A stretch of 64,000 nucleotides of DNA from Camelus ferus (GCF_009834535.1 NC_045696.1:84632001-84696000); one strand, 5' to 3'; positions 14,942-28,514 are shown, counted from the first letter of the stretch. Numbers and translations are program-made. Notes: a model not told the origin generated them from the sequence alone.

Positions 14942-16000
14942 GGGGAGAGGTGGTCCAAGATGGTGGCCTAGGAAGAGCTTGAACTCACTTCCTCCCACGG
15001 ACATAACAAATCCACAGCTTCACATGGAACAATTCTCTCTGAAAAATACCTGAAAACTAGCTAACAGCTACTCTGCAACAGAGGATAAAAGGGCCACATG
15101 GAGACAGGTAGGAGAGACAGAGATGCAGTCTCGTCAAAAATCCCACCTCTGGCACGGTGACCCACAGCTGGGAGGACTCTCACAAGTATGGGACTTCTCC
15201 CTGAGGAGTGAGACATTTATGCCCTACGTTAGGCACACCAACACTAAGAATCTGCACTGGAGAAATGAGCCCCTAAGACATCTCGCTTTGAAAATCAATG
15301 GTCTTATGTCCAGGGGGACCACAGGGCTGTATGGAATTGAGGTTCTGCTTTTAAAGGGCTCATGCACAGACTTGCTCACCCTAGGACTCACACAAAAGCA
15401 GCACTTTGAAAAGAGCCTAGACTGTATATGAAAGAGATTAATTTGCTAATCTGAAAGGGTCTGCCAGAGGGGCAAAAACCTGCTGGAACTCTCTCCAGGG
15501 ATGGAGGTCCTGGCAGGTACCATTGTTATGTTTTCCCTCTACCTTGCTATTGCCAGTGCTGGCAGACACCATTTTTGAACTCTCACTCTAGCCTGCTAGT
15601 GCCCTGCCTCTCTGCACTGCTGCTATGGTCCCTCCAGATGTGGGAAAAGAGCACCCCTTTCCTCTGCACCCTCAGAAAGCTAGAAGGGGCAAAACAGCCC
15701 GTACAGGGGATGACCCTGGAGAGCTAGGCTCTGGTGGCCAAGGGACAGTGAGTGTCTCAACCGAACAGGTCAACTGGAGAGACAGTTTGAGAGATAACCG
15801 AAAACTAATGCATAGTTAAACAACATGGATCACTGCCTACAAAAGCCTACTCCTACACAACTGGGAGAGATAGGTCTTTCACTTAACAAATAGAAACACA
15901 GAGAGTCAAGCAAAATGAGGAAACAGAGGGAAACCCTCCAAACAAAAGCACAAGATAAAACCCCAGGGGGAAAAAAAAAAAAAAGAAATGGAGATAAGTA
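14942..16000 (+). mobile_element. LINE-1 5' UTR plus the first codons of ORF1, 3'-truncated
   Basis: Begins 'ggggagaggtggtccaagatggtggc' (YY1-site-like caagatggcgg) and 'gaactcacttcctccca'. It is GC-rich and ends near 'aaaatgaggaaacagagg...acaagataaaacc' (ORF1 N-terminus MRKQR...QDKT). Confidence 0.8.
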
Positions 16001-16519
16001 CAAACAAAGGTTGCTGAGATAATTATCTTTAGCTTTGCATCACAATGACTAAGAAGGAAGGAATAAAAAATGTGATATGAATCTGATATACTTTGTGTTA
16101 TCTCAATCATGCCTATGTAAATCTGTATAATTTATTTAGCTGCACCCATAATTAAACCTCCTGTTTAATTACTGAACCCTGAAAATAAATTTTATAATGG
16201 TGTGATCCAGGATATTTTTTTTTCTTCTGTTTAAATCTATTAGCAAATATGTTTTGGAAAGTCACCTGGGTGTAAGAAGCCAATCCTGCAAATAGAAGAT
16301 AAGGCAAGAAGAAATCTGTACAAAATATGTAGCAAATATGGTTAATGAAAACCTCACTGAATAGTAATAAAATAAGTGAATGATACACTATAGTGGCCAA
16401 AAATCTTAGTTGATATTATGTGATCTTAAAATGAGGATGATACTTATATTTTATTCTGTAATAGATCACAATGGAATATCTTGTTAAGTTCTAGGCATAT
16501 CTCAAAGAGAGGGATATAG

Positions 16520-16783
16520 ATATTCCTTAGCCTGAGATAGTCCTGTTTTTTGTTTTTGTTTTTTTTTTAACATTTTTTATTGATTTATAATCATTTTACA
16601 ATGTTGTGTCAAATTCCAGTGTAGAGCACAATTTTTCAGCTATACATGAACATATATATATTCATTGTCACATTTTTTTCTCTGTGAGCTACCATTAAGA
16701 TCTTGTATATACATTGAATGAAATTACTATTAATCGTGTCCTTTCACTCTCAACTTTGGATGATAAATTATAGGGTCGACCTA
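16520..16783 (-). mobile_element. MER94-like hAT-Blackjack MITE, split by an L1
   Basis: 'gcctgagatagtcctgttt' and 'ccctttcactctcaa...tttggatgataaattatagggtcgaccta' match the reverse of MER94, whose terminus is TAGGGTGACCATATAATTTATCGTCCAAA. Confidence 0.7.
16546..16712 (-). mobile_element. Young camelid-type L1 extreme 3' end, about 165 bp
   Basis: T-rich tail followed by 'aacattttttattgatttataatcattttacaatgttgtgtcaaattccagtgtagagcacaatttttcag'. Confidence 0.85.
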
Positions 16784-19519
16784 CATATAGACAAAGTGGA
16801 GTGTGCTTAAGAGAAAGCAACTGAACTGTAAAGGGCTAGATATATCTAACCTGGAGATTCTAGATATTAAGAGAATTATCACAGTTTTATCTGAGTATTT
16901 GAAAAATTTTAATAAACTTTTTTCTAACAAGCACAGATGGCAAAAATTAGAAATGCTTCCTTAGCAAATTTTGAATTTTTCTACTGTCAGCTACATGGCC
17001 TCCATTGATTACTAAGAGTCAAGATGGCTTCTAATGACACAATGATTTATTCTAAAAAATAGTTGTGTTTTCAATGAAAAAGTACTTTTTATCTGTTCTG
17101 TGTTTTGGTCATTATGTAGGATGTGGAAGAAAGAGGTGATCCATGTGAGCTTGTTTTGTAAATAAACGAGTGTGAGCGAGACCACATAGTAAATATAATC
17201 AGGAACATATTATTAGAGGAGAAAGCCTTTGAGGTGATCCTTGCAACATGATAAGTCTATGGTAAGTGAAACTGTGGGGTAGATTTCTGTTAGATTAATA
17301 ATAAACACAAAATCATGGAGGAGGAAAATGTAGCAAACGGTTAAGAAACAAGGACTAGTTTGGCTAACCCAGAGAGACAAATGGGAGGTAGAAATAATGC
17401 TGAAATGGGCAATTGTGTGGAAGTTATCTAGTGTTTGTTTGTTGTTTGCGTGTTTGTTTGCTTTATAAATGAAAATGATATGAGAAGGGGAAGAAAAAGC
17501 AGGTTGGACAAGTCATTGAAAAGTATTCTTTTTTAGAAGAACTTGAGACTTTACTGATTACTAGGATCTGGGCAAAGGCTCAAAGTTTATATATCAACAA
17601 AGTTAGAGGAAAATGGGAAGAAAGGGAAGGGAAGATGATGCTCTGGGAACACGAAGCTCCCTGGTCAGATGTTTTATTTGACTTTTGCCACATTCAGGTT
17701 GCAGTCAGAATATGCTTCATTATAAAAAGCTGATGAAAACTAAAGGCTGACTGATCCCCTGCAAGATCTTAATGATAAGAGTCCAGTTACCTCACAATAG
17801 AGTTCTGCAGAAAAATCTCTCCCTTTTCACAACAGACTTTTGAAAAACAAAACAAAATAAAGTTATTTATACTCATATATGTTAAGTTGACTTAAAATAG
17901 GAACTTTCCTGGGAAATGAAATTACCAACCATACCCGTCTGATTGATGTTTCCTGGTCTAAATCCTGGGGGAATGTCTCCCCTCTCCCCCCATTCTTTCC
18001 ATATCATGGTAAAATGTAGGTTGAATATGCTGTTCATATATATGCGATACTTATATGTTAGTATCAGGGTATATTGGGGAATATTATTATTTTAAAAATC
18101 TCAGTGTAGAAGCAACAATTCTGTACCCTCTGCATGTTGATGAAGTGTCCCTTGGTTTGTTGCCGGAGTCTGCTGTTGCCTGAGACTCCGCCTCTTCCCC
18201 TTGTTCTCACCCTGAAGGTAACGCTTGGAAACAACTATTTGCTCCTCCTGCCACCCGCCAGGCTGATCTGTCTGAGACTTTGTTTCCCAGCAGGTCCCAA
18301 CTAGTTATGTTGTTTGAAGTTGTGCTTCAGTGAATCCTTAAAATGTTACTTATGTCCTCTATACTTTCCAAACAGTAGCTATGGGAAACAAGAATGTTCT
18401 TGGTGTTATGCCAAAATTGAATATTGTAGAAATCCTCTTTGAAGAAACTCTTAAAAATTCAAAACCATTACTCTACCATCTAAACCTTTTTCTAGAATTT
18501 AATTTGTCAGTTAGAGACATATTCTCAGAATTCTATTTATGTTAATCGGAGTTAATCCTCAAGCAGGTAATTCAAAATAGGCTTTTTTTAAAAAAAGAGT
18601 ACGTTTAGATAAACTTAAAAGTTGAACCAAAATGGAAAAGAATAATCATAATTTCTTTTTGAAAGATACTGCTTGAAAGCAACATTTCTCAGTATTCCTG
18701 TGTCCATGACATAACTTTTTTGGCCAATGGGCCATTGCCCCATTCAGTTGTCTACTTCTCAAATGGGCTCCTGCTCATACACAACATTACAGAAGTAGAT
18801 AGTGGTGGACTGGTCTATGCCTTCAGTTGTCACAGTTCCCAGACATAGAGGTCCAAACTGGAAAAGAAGGTCCTAATGACCCAAATATAAAAGTATTTAC
18901 AGCAAGTGCCGATATATTGGCCAACATTTGGTTGTCTAGACCTTATGCAGAACCATTCTGGAGCCCCCATCAGAAAACCATTATTCATTAGAATGGAGTC
19001 CTTGGTCTTTTTCCTCTAGATACCAGCCACAGTTTCAGGGGTAAATCAGTAAAAAAAAAAAAAAAATGGCATCATCACAAAATTTCAGTCATTTGAAAAA
19101 TCTTTCTGAGCATCAAGGAATCAAGAATAAATGGATGGATTGTTAGTTCGGCACATGACTAACAGCATTTGGGGCAGCCACATAACTTTTGTCTTGTATT
19201 GTTTCATACTTTTGTGTTTAATCAAGTTCAGGCTCTAACCTAAACTCTATCAACAGAGTTAATAGCCAAAAATAAAAATTAGTTAGAGAGTTGGTGTATT
19301 TGCACAGTTTACTTGAGGGAAATTCCAGTTTTCATCATATTCTCAAAAGAATCTGTTCCCAGTGAGATTAAAGAACATCCTCTCCATTCTTCTCTCTCTC
19401 CCTCCCTCCCTCTCTCTCTCATTTTAAAAAATAAACAAAAAACAAACATATATAAAACATGCACAGGTATATGAATGCTTATGTATATAAGTAACAGTAA
19501 CTATAATCTATCTGCAAAG

Positions 19520-20480
19520 AACCACCATATGCCTGGGACTGGGTTAGAATTTTACATTTTTTTTCTCAAAGTAAATTGACAAAATAACTCCGAGCTGAAG
19601 TTTTTATGTTCCAGTTTCAGAGACATGGATATTGAGACTAAGAGAGTTTAATTATTTTTCACTCTCATACAGCTAGCAAGTGCTAAATCTCTGCTTGTCT
19701 GCAATAGCTATGCTCATTCCACTTCCAAAAACAAAATATGTAAAGTTACATTCTTAGCTGTCTATGGTATTATGTAGGTATAAAATCAACAAAGCAAAGT
19801 TCACATGTAACACATATATACCATACAGTATAATCAGAATTACACAAATATTTTGTTATATGATTTATGGTTTTTCATGTTTAATACACCTAAAACTATA
19901 AGAAAAGTACAGCACTTCCACATTCCAATCTATTTTTATTTCATAATCATTTTTTATAGCTTATCATGAGTTAGGCATTGGGTTAAGCACATGATGTGCA
20001 TACATTCTTTCAACTTCAACTACTAATCTATGAATGGTCTTGTTCCTTCTATAAATGAATAAATTGTCTTAGATAATTTAAGTCTTTGAAAATGGTAATA
20101 TTATTCCCATTTTACAATAAGACAACTGAACCAGATGACAATTAGTAACTTGCTCAAGGACACAGTCATTAAGTGATAAAACTGGGACAGAAATCCATGT
20201 CTTGCTAATTGTATATTATAATACTGGGTGATTAATATGTAAGGAGTATATCTTAATAAATTAATTCATAGGCTTGGAACAAGATGATCAGGTTGAGATT
20301 CTGATTATTTCACTTGTTAGCTGAGTGAGCTTAGGCAAATTAACTTTTCTGCTTCAATTTCAACATCTTTAAATTGAGAATAATGGCAATATATACCTCA
20401 TAGGGTTATTGTAATAAACTCTAAGAGTAAACCCATGTAAATTACTCAGAAAATGCTTGGCACATAGTGGGTACTCAATG
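19520..20480. mobile_element. Cluster of three MIR fragments (about 19520-19720, 19960-20200, and opposite-strand 20270-20480)
   Basis: 'attattcccattttacaataagacaactgaa...gtaacttgctcaagg' and the opposite-strand 'agctgagtgagcttaggcaaatt...atacctcatagggttattgt...tggcacatagtgggtactcaat'. Confidence 0.75.
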
Positions 20481-20545
20481 AATTAACATTTTAACACTTT
20501 ATCATCAATGACATTATTTTTATTATATTATACTGTGTAACAAAT

Positions 20546-20849
20546 TACTAAACAGGAACCTCAACTAAATAGAGTTGAAAGACCCAAGGGTGAATTCTCA
20601 AGCCCTATGATAATAGCAGAGACTAATAGAAAGAAGAAAGATTCTTCTTTTCTGGAGAGGAATCAGCTAATGAAAAGCTTTGGATTCTTTGTTTACTACA
20701 GCCATCCCAATTTCTTTTTCCTGTTTATAAAAGTGTTCTCATTCCTTTGCTGTGAGGGGACTTGCATATGGCTCAACATGATTGCAGACCCTGAATAAAC
20801 CCATCTTTGCTGGAGAAATATCTGTCAGTCTATTTGTTTCAGGTCAGTG
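20546..20849 (+). mobile_element. Solo LTR (probably ERV1 class), same family as 57057-57375
   Basis: TATA-like 'tttataaaa' and AATAAA at 20794. It aligns along its length with the reverse complement of 57057-57375, including 32 identical nt. Confidence 0.75.
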
Positions 20850-20968
20850 ACTATTATTATTTTATTATTATTTTCTCCCATTGTCTGTCTCAATTTCTGA
20901 TAATACAAACTAATAAGTAGGAAAAAAAATACCTACTAACAGCCCCATTATTATGAAAGGTAAAGAGG

Positions 20969-21329
20969 TGTCTTAGGTTTGATGGCTATGACAAAATATA
21001 AACTGGGTGGCTTATCAAAAACAGATATTTACTTTTCACATTTTTGGAAATTGGAAGTCCAAGATAATGATGCCTGCATGGCAGGGTCTCATAAGGACCG
21101 CCGTCTGGTTACAGACTGCCAATTTCTTGTGTCTTCAAAGAGTAGTCGAGAGCACATGGGCTATCTAACATATTCTTATGTTAATCAGGGTTAATTCCAT
21201 TTACGAAGGCTCTACCATCATGACCTAATTACCTCTTAAAGACCTACCTCCAAATACAATCACATGGGGACTGAGGTTTCAACGTATGAATTTTGGGAAA
21301 GGAAGGGCATAAACATTCAGTCCATTGCA
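20969..21329 (-). mobile_element. MaLR solo LTR (MLT1A-like)
   Basis: TG...CA ends, 'aaactgggtggctta', 'catgacctaattacctc', 'atgaattttggg...aaacattcagtccattgca'. AGAGG occurs at both ends. Confidence 0.88.
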
Positions 21330-23109
21330 GAGGACAAGTAATTGACCTGGGCATTTCCCAGGTTCAGGGCTTTGAAATGGGGTAGGGATTCAGCTGGAAC
21401 TCGTGCTCCTTGAAGTTTGAACTGATGTAAAGAAGCAGTGAGTTGAGGAGAGGACTGAAATAACAGATATAAGTAAAAGAAACTCAGTTTTCAGTCTCCA
21501 AACAAACTCTGAAACTCACGACAAAGGGACTAGAGAGACAAAAGTATTACATAAAAGGCTTTTTGAGCATTGCTAAGGGAAGATCCTGACATAATCAATA
21601 GGAATAGCAGAATATAGGTCAGAATTAAAAATTTATTTTCTTGAGATTTTCCTTACATTGGCCCACCTTGGAGTACTCCAGAAAGAAGTGGATGTTTGCC
21701 CTGACTGTGTAGAGGCAGTGAGGAAGAAAGTAATAGACAAATAAGTGGAAATAGTTTGTGTCTCAGAGATAAGATAAAGATTCTCTCCCTATGTCACAGA
21801 GAAGATTCTAATGATGGTATCTGAAAGAAGGCTCAGTTCAAGCTGCTTCGTGATAAGAATATCACATGCCTTTGGCTTCAGAAGAGTAGCATCATTAAAG
21901 TTGAATCCAGGTTGGAACATGGTTCCTTGGTTTTTTAAAAGCAATGGCTATGTGAGACATCTGGTGAATGAGCCAAAAAGCAATCTTTCCTAAACCTAGA
22001 GTCCCAGTGTCCAGAGTAGAGACTAGGTCCCTCAGCTGGCTGAGGGAGAGAGGCCATGTGTCTAAAACAGTATTATGGTTATGATGAGAAGAGCTTGCAT
22101 ACCAGAGGCCAAATGGTGACAAGTTTGCCAAAGTGGACAAGAAGCTGAGAACTTGCAGCTGCTTCAGCTGCTAACAGCAGGACCATGAGTTCGGATGATC
22201 AAAGGGTGACCTGGAGGACTGTAAATTAAGGACTGTAGACATTAGTGGAGTCCAGTGAGGATAACTGTGGGTGAGCTTCCTCTTCCTAGTCCATGGTGAC
22301 TTTCAACTAAATCTGTCCCAGGAAAAATAAGGGCATTAACAGAACCTATACACAATATAGATTATCCCTGAACAAACAGACAAATCATGAACTTGTCATG
22401 TGTCTTTGTCACATGGCCATTCTTCCTTCATCAAGTTCAAGAGATCAATGAGATTTAGTTCTAGATTTTAAATTAATTGGATAGTTATAAACCTTGGTCT
22501 GTGGCTAGAAATCTTCTTTTGCTTACTTATACTAACTAACAAACAACGCTTCTACCATCCTCACCTTCACTACTCAGTTGGTGGGATTGGCCATCCCTGC
22601 AGGAAAAAACACACCGCACCTGATCACTGAATGCCCAGAGCTGCTCAGTTAATCGTTCAGAGCTAATGATGTGTCCTCACAATATGATTTATTCTTCCTG
22701 AACTTTGGACTCCCTGGTTCTGGGTATCTACAGGACATCTTTGAAAAAGCACAGTCCCCTTCACAGAAGGACCTGGTCCTCAACTCTTAGAGATATTGTG
22801 GGCTATTATAACTTACAGCAGTCCAAAATATATTACTATGTTGGGGCAAGGGAGATAGACAATTAACAGATAGGGTTCCTTCTATTTTACAAGTTCTTAT
22901 TCTAATTTGTGCATCTATTCTAAAAGGTAGTTACTCTTGTTTTACAGATCGAGAAGCTGATCTCAGAAACGTGGGTCTTGCTCAACTATGAAGTACAGCC
23001 TAATATCAAAGTCAGGTTTCTGTAAGCATGTCAGACTTTACTTACACTACAGAATAACCCCAGGTAGCTGAGGACTGACCTTGGTCCACACTCTTTTCAG
23101 AGAAAATCT

Positions 23110-23270
23110 GTTCTATTTCTCTGATTCAGTATTGGAATCACCTAGGAAGCAGATTCCTGGGCCCCAACCCAGGCCTACTGAATCAGAGTATCTGGCAGTA
23201 TTATCTGAATTTGCATTTTATTAATGCCTCATGTAATTATTCATGCATGCTTAAATTTTAAACATCACAT
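23110..23270. mobile_element. MER5-type hAT-Charlie DNA transposon
   Basis: 'gaatcacctagg...gcagattcctgggccccaacccaggcctactgaatcaga...tgcatttta'. Confidence 0.8.
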
Positions 23271-23888
23271 TGTTCTTTAACATAGAACCTATATCTGAAA
23301 CACAGGTTGCATAAGAGAAATTAAAATTTACTTGTTTCCCAGAAAGATCTATTTTTGTTTTTTAAAATAATTGCTAAAATAATATTTTTATTACCACAGA
23401 ACTTATTATCAAAAACTTAAAGTTTAAGGTCAAAAGACCCCCCAAAAAACCCACCAGAAAATCTTTAAGGAGGCCACAAACCATAAAATATCAGCTTTTA
23501 CCCCAGCTTTTTGTTGGTGTTACAGTACTTTGAGATGTATTGTATCATTACTATTTAATCATCTTTTAGAACTTTTGCAAGCCTAGCATGGAATGATTAA
23601 AGGTAATTTTTATCTCAGACAAAATGCACCTGTAGCAAATGTGATATAGTCACATAAGAATTCATTAAATTAAACTTTTTTCATTATCTCAGCTGTAGAA
23701 ACTTGCTCCTGTACTTGATCAATAAATCTTTGTTATTTAAGATTTAAATTAATGATCATCTTTTGACTTTTGTCTACAAAATATCATTCTGATTAGTAAT
23801 TAGAACTTCATATCTCCCTCTCCAGTATTGCTTCTTATTTTCCTCTGCCATTAGCAAATCCTGTGTGGAATTATGTTTATAGCCACTT

Positions 23889-23930
23889 ACTCGTAATGGA
23901 TTCTCCTAAACTTGTAATGGATTCTCCTAA
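23889..23930. repeat. 21-bp tandem duplication, 1 mismatch
   Basis: actcgtaatggattctcctaa / acttgtaatggattctcctaa. Confidence 0.9.
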
Positions 23931-26900
23931 GCTGTTTCTTATATTAAAAATATTTCTTACAGAGAAAGAAAAGTGGATACTTAACATATATTCCTAGATT
24001 AAATTAATTCTCCCAAATTTGATTATTATGTAAAAATACTTCTGCCTTTATTATTTAAGTTGGTGACTTGATGACTGTAGCTACTTATATATAATCAGGA
24101 AGTTGAGATAAGATATATAAAGTAAGTCATATACAAATGATGGTATTTATTTATTATCTCTTTATCAAAACTATATGAGATAGCTATAAGTTATCCCAAT
24201 ACCAGGCAGATGGAGGTAAGTGCTGTTACTCTGATTTGGGGAAACAAGAGAGCCTCATGAAAAGTGTGAGTTAGACTTGAGAAGTACAGAGAGGATAAAG
24301 GCTGTTTTACTGGGAAAAAAACCCCGTGCACTGAGGTAAACAGTTACGAGTGAGCAATCATGAGTTATTTATTTAGAACACGGTATGAAAGAGAAAGAGG
24401 AGTGAGAGATGGTACAGGAGGTATAGGCTGGGGTCAGATTATAGAATAAATTTCTAAGGAATTTATATTTATTCTGCAGATCAAAGTTACCACTAATTGA
24501 GCAACCATGGAATCTGCTATTATGATAAGCACATTCCATCAAAGGTCTTCTGTTAATTGATCCAGGATCTTTGCAATTAATTGTTTCATACTCTCAGAGT
24601 GAAATGGAAAGGAAGAATACTTTTGAGCAAAAATTACAAATTATTTTTCTATTGTGAATCAGCAGAATATTCTAATTTTGATGCATATATAAACATTATC
24701 CAATAAATGTTTTATATACACATATATTATATATATGTATAATAAGCTCAAATTTTATTGTAAAAAATAATTGTAGTACTAGTTAAAACTTCAGGGCTCA
24801 GAGAGATCAATTTTTTGTGAAAGTGTAGCTAGTTATTAGCAATGCTGAGATTAGAGCCAAGACATTTTTAACACCTAATTGTAGATTATTTTTTCTGCAT
24901 TACTTCTTAAAGTATATTTTTTTAAAACTGCTAATTCAGGCTACCTGGATGAAGATCAATTTGTATTTTTAAAAGACTGCACTATATTCTTAACATAGTT
25001 TTATTACAATGAAGAGAAACTCTAACTAGGCTAATGAAGTCTGCCAAGTAGGGTTAAATGACAAAAATAAAAATTATTAGTGTTAAATTAGCGGCTCACA
25101 TGAATATCAATCTTTGAAAGGTCTTTGATGCCACCTAAAATAAGTGTTACTTGCATAATCTTGTTTACATTATTAATTTAAATTGAAATATTCTTATCCC
25201 CAAAGTACATACGTTTTCATAGATTTTCAATATTTCAAAATTAATGAGCTTTACAAAAAAAAGTATTTTTCTTTAGAAATTTTGAAAAAAACAAAATTTT
25301 CTACTAGAAAAGTGAACAAATGGATTGATCCAGGGAGATTTTACTCCTCCAACCATCACATGCCATGATGTCTGTAACAGCTTAGAAGTCTTTGTTAACT
25401 TAGAGTTATATAATATTTGTGAGAGTAAGAAAGCTATGACTCGTGACATTAGTTAAAGATAAAACCGTCCCCTCAAAAGCCAAGTTAAAGTAGATAAATA
25501 CAAGTCTTGATTTAAATGAAATCTGTCAAACCAGTTGGCATTCTTCACAGAAGGGTACACATTTCACATTTCACATTTCAAAATATATGGATATAATATA
25601 CTACATGGAACACCTAGATTAATAATAATACTAATTGTAAATACATATGATAAAAATATTCCCACATTCCCAGGAAAACATGGATTATTGTGTAGCCATG
25701 GTAACAACAGCCACCAGGCCCTGCTTGAACATGCCTAATTAATAAATAGAAGTCTGTATTTATGATAAAGCATAGCCACTGCAACTGTTTTTAAAGCAGT
25801 TTAATCATTAAGTAACAATACCTTACCTCAGTGAACACGCTTTTGCCTGCCTACCAATCAATGAGGGCTCCTCGCTTCGAAAAGTCAAGCAATTAAAAAT
25901 GGATTCTCTTTTGAATGACAACCACTCAACAGGAGTTTCACTATGGACAAATTACGTCAACTCACTCACCTGCAAAATTTCATCAATCCTTGGATTCCAT
26001 GTTTCCAAAATATTCTATAAAAAATCAGCAGTTGATTCTCCTTGGAGAGACTATGCTTCACTGGCAAGCTCTCCCTAAATACAGTAAAAAGTACATCTAG
26101 GTTGGTGTTCTTTGTTTTAGATATTGAATATGAATTTCATCCGTTGACAGTTCTACAGACTGCACTAAGATCATGTTGAAGAGCTTCGCTTGTCAGCATT
26201 TTTGGGAACCCTTGAGTCAACAAGCATGTACACTGGGCTCTTTGTGTCCAAATTCTTTCTGTCTTTAAAAGTTGCTTTTAGAAGAGTCACTCTCAACAAC
26301 AATTTGAGTTCTGTCTCCTGATGCTAAAATTTTTAGACCGGTATGTCTTTGTATAATGTCATTAGTGCTAGACCTTTGTATAAAGTAATTAAATCTTTTC
26401 ACCATTTAGTCTTGACGACATTGACAAGTAAGAATCTAAATACCCTTCTTTTCTACTGTATATCACTGTCTGTAAAATTATCTAGTTGGAAATACAACAT
26501 GATAAATTACTGATTTGTGACACTTGGCAGATCTTTGAAGCTTTCTGAGGCTTAGTTTTTCTATATATGATATGACAGTAATTTCTACTTCACAAGAAAA
26601 CATGTAAAATATTACTTACTGATAATTGTTTATAGAATCTGAGTGATAGTTTGACTTTATGTAGCAATGAATATTAGCCACATGAATTTCTAAAATGCTG
26701 CCATATCCCTGTTCCTAATCTCCATCTATAACGCTAAGCAAGGTTAAGGAAGACGTGTCTTTCATCTTTAGGTTTTAAGTAGCATGTTTGCACATAAAGA
26801 TTGGACATATTCTTTTCATTTTTCATTCTTACTTTCTTTGGATTTTATTTACCTTCTTTTTATCACATTTGTTCCTTGAGAGTCTACAGCGTTTGTAGAG

Positions 26901-28514
26901 AATGAGAGCATTTGATGCTACACAAAGAAAAACAAAAACCTACATTTGAGGCAACAGAGATTCGGTGTATAGAAAATAAGCTTATTATCTAAAAGAAAAA
27001 TGTAGAAAGCAGAACAGGTGGTGGAAATTACATTATCAAAGTCCTCAACAGATTTCCCTCATGATAGAAAAGATTGGTATTTACTTAAAGAGAAGAAGCA
27101 AATGAAGACTACATAGTGTTTTTTTACTTTTGAAGGGCATTTGTATTGCTGAATTCTATGATGGCAGAATGGGAGAATAAAAATATATTGGTGTAATTTA
27201 AGTCAAATCCATTTGTATTTATCTTAAACTATAACTTAATTAGTAACATTTTCTTTGAAAGAGTTCTAATTTGGGTTTGTTTATTTTTTTGCCAATAAAG
27301 CACAAAGAAATGAGCTTATAAAACATTTGTGCATAGTACCGAATTTGAAGATCTAAGTCTAGCAATATCCTTAAGCAAAACATTCAAATATTATGGAGCA
27401 AAATTTTCATAAACTGCAAAGCATTTGCATTGTCAGAAGATGAGAACTGACATTATAGATTAAAAAAAATTGTATCGGCACTGTAACTGCTGGATTCATG
27501 AAAACTTCAGGGAGAAAGAAATACTAAAGAATATAAATTATTTTTTATTTAATGTATTATCTTACTATATTATATAACAACTATGCTAATTGCACACATA
27601 TTCATATATTGTTACTTTCGAGGCAAAGTTTCACCAAGTCATTTTCCAAAGTAACATGTAGATGGCATTATATTACTATTCTTAACACATTTTCCTAATG
27701 GTAAAATTGAAGAAAATAATAATTATACAAAACATTTTAGTTTTAAAATTCATAAAGTGAGTAAATAAATCTGTATTTTCAATAATTTAGTCACTTGAGT
27801 CTACCCATACTAAAATTATTGCAATTCTAGTGAATTCCTTGAAATAATTGCTTTTTTAACTGAAACTAATTACTTAAAACCATTTCACACAGAAAGTAAA
27901 ATCTTTAACATGAAATCAAATTCCTTTTATTTTATGACATTTAAGACTCTATATAGAGTTCTAGTTTATAATGAAATATTCAAATATACCACAATGTACT
28001 CCTCTAACCCCAAACCTAAGTAAATTAACGAAATAATTAAAAAAAAAAAAAAAGCAAATAGCAGCAGTACTCACCACATTATTGGGAAAGCAGTCACAAG
28101 GGAAAAAGACAATAAAAGATTATAGGAATCCCTGTGTAGTTCTTACCCAGACATACAGAAAAGAAGCAGAAATCATGCCATCCTCACTAACACACACCCA
28201 TTTTTAGGTGCACTACACGTTATACTTGCTCTTCTAAAAAAATCTCTTTGTATTCCCTAGGATAATCACCAGAAAATGTGAAAACTACTAGGATTTGGCA
28301 TTTTGCTATCACTAAGTAGAAGTTTGGAATATATATAGATATATGCACATATAGATATATATTCTATCATAATTACCGAGAAATACTTCCAACAATAAAA
28401 ATAATCTTTAAAAAAGAGAAAAGATGAAGAGATTTAAAAATATAAAAGTGTGGACCACTAAAGCTGCAGATGGCCCAAAGAAGAGGGCCAATGAAAATCC
28501 AAATCTGTCTTCCT

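Larger units (their letters stand above)
16420..16910 (+). mobile_element. CR1/L3 fragment, interrupted by MER94 and a young L1
   Basis: 'tggaatatcttgttaagttctaggca' and 'gacaaagtggagtgtgcttaagagaaagcaact' match the CR1 ORF2 3' motif (LEYCVQFW...DKLERVQRRAT) on either side of the inserts. Confidence 0.6.

Noticed and set aside
18164..18190. Hairpin cggagtct...agactccg
   Set aside because: The stem is only 8 bp, too short for a pre-miRNA and expected by chance.
19960..20480. Inverted MIR pair as a possible dsRNA structure
   Set aside because: The copies are too diverged to pair stably, and this arrangement is common.
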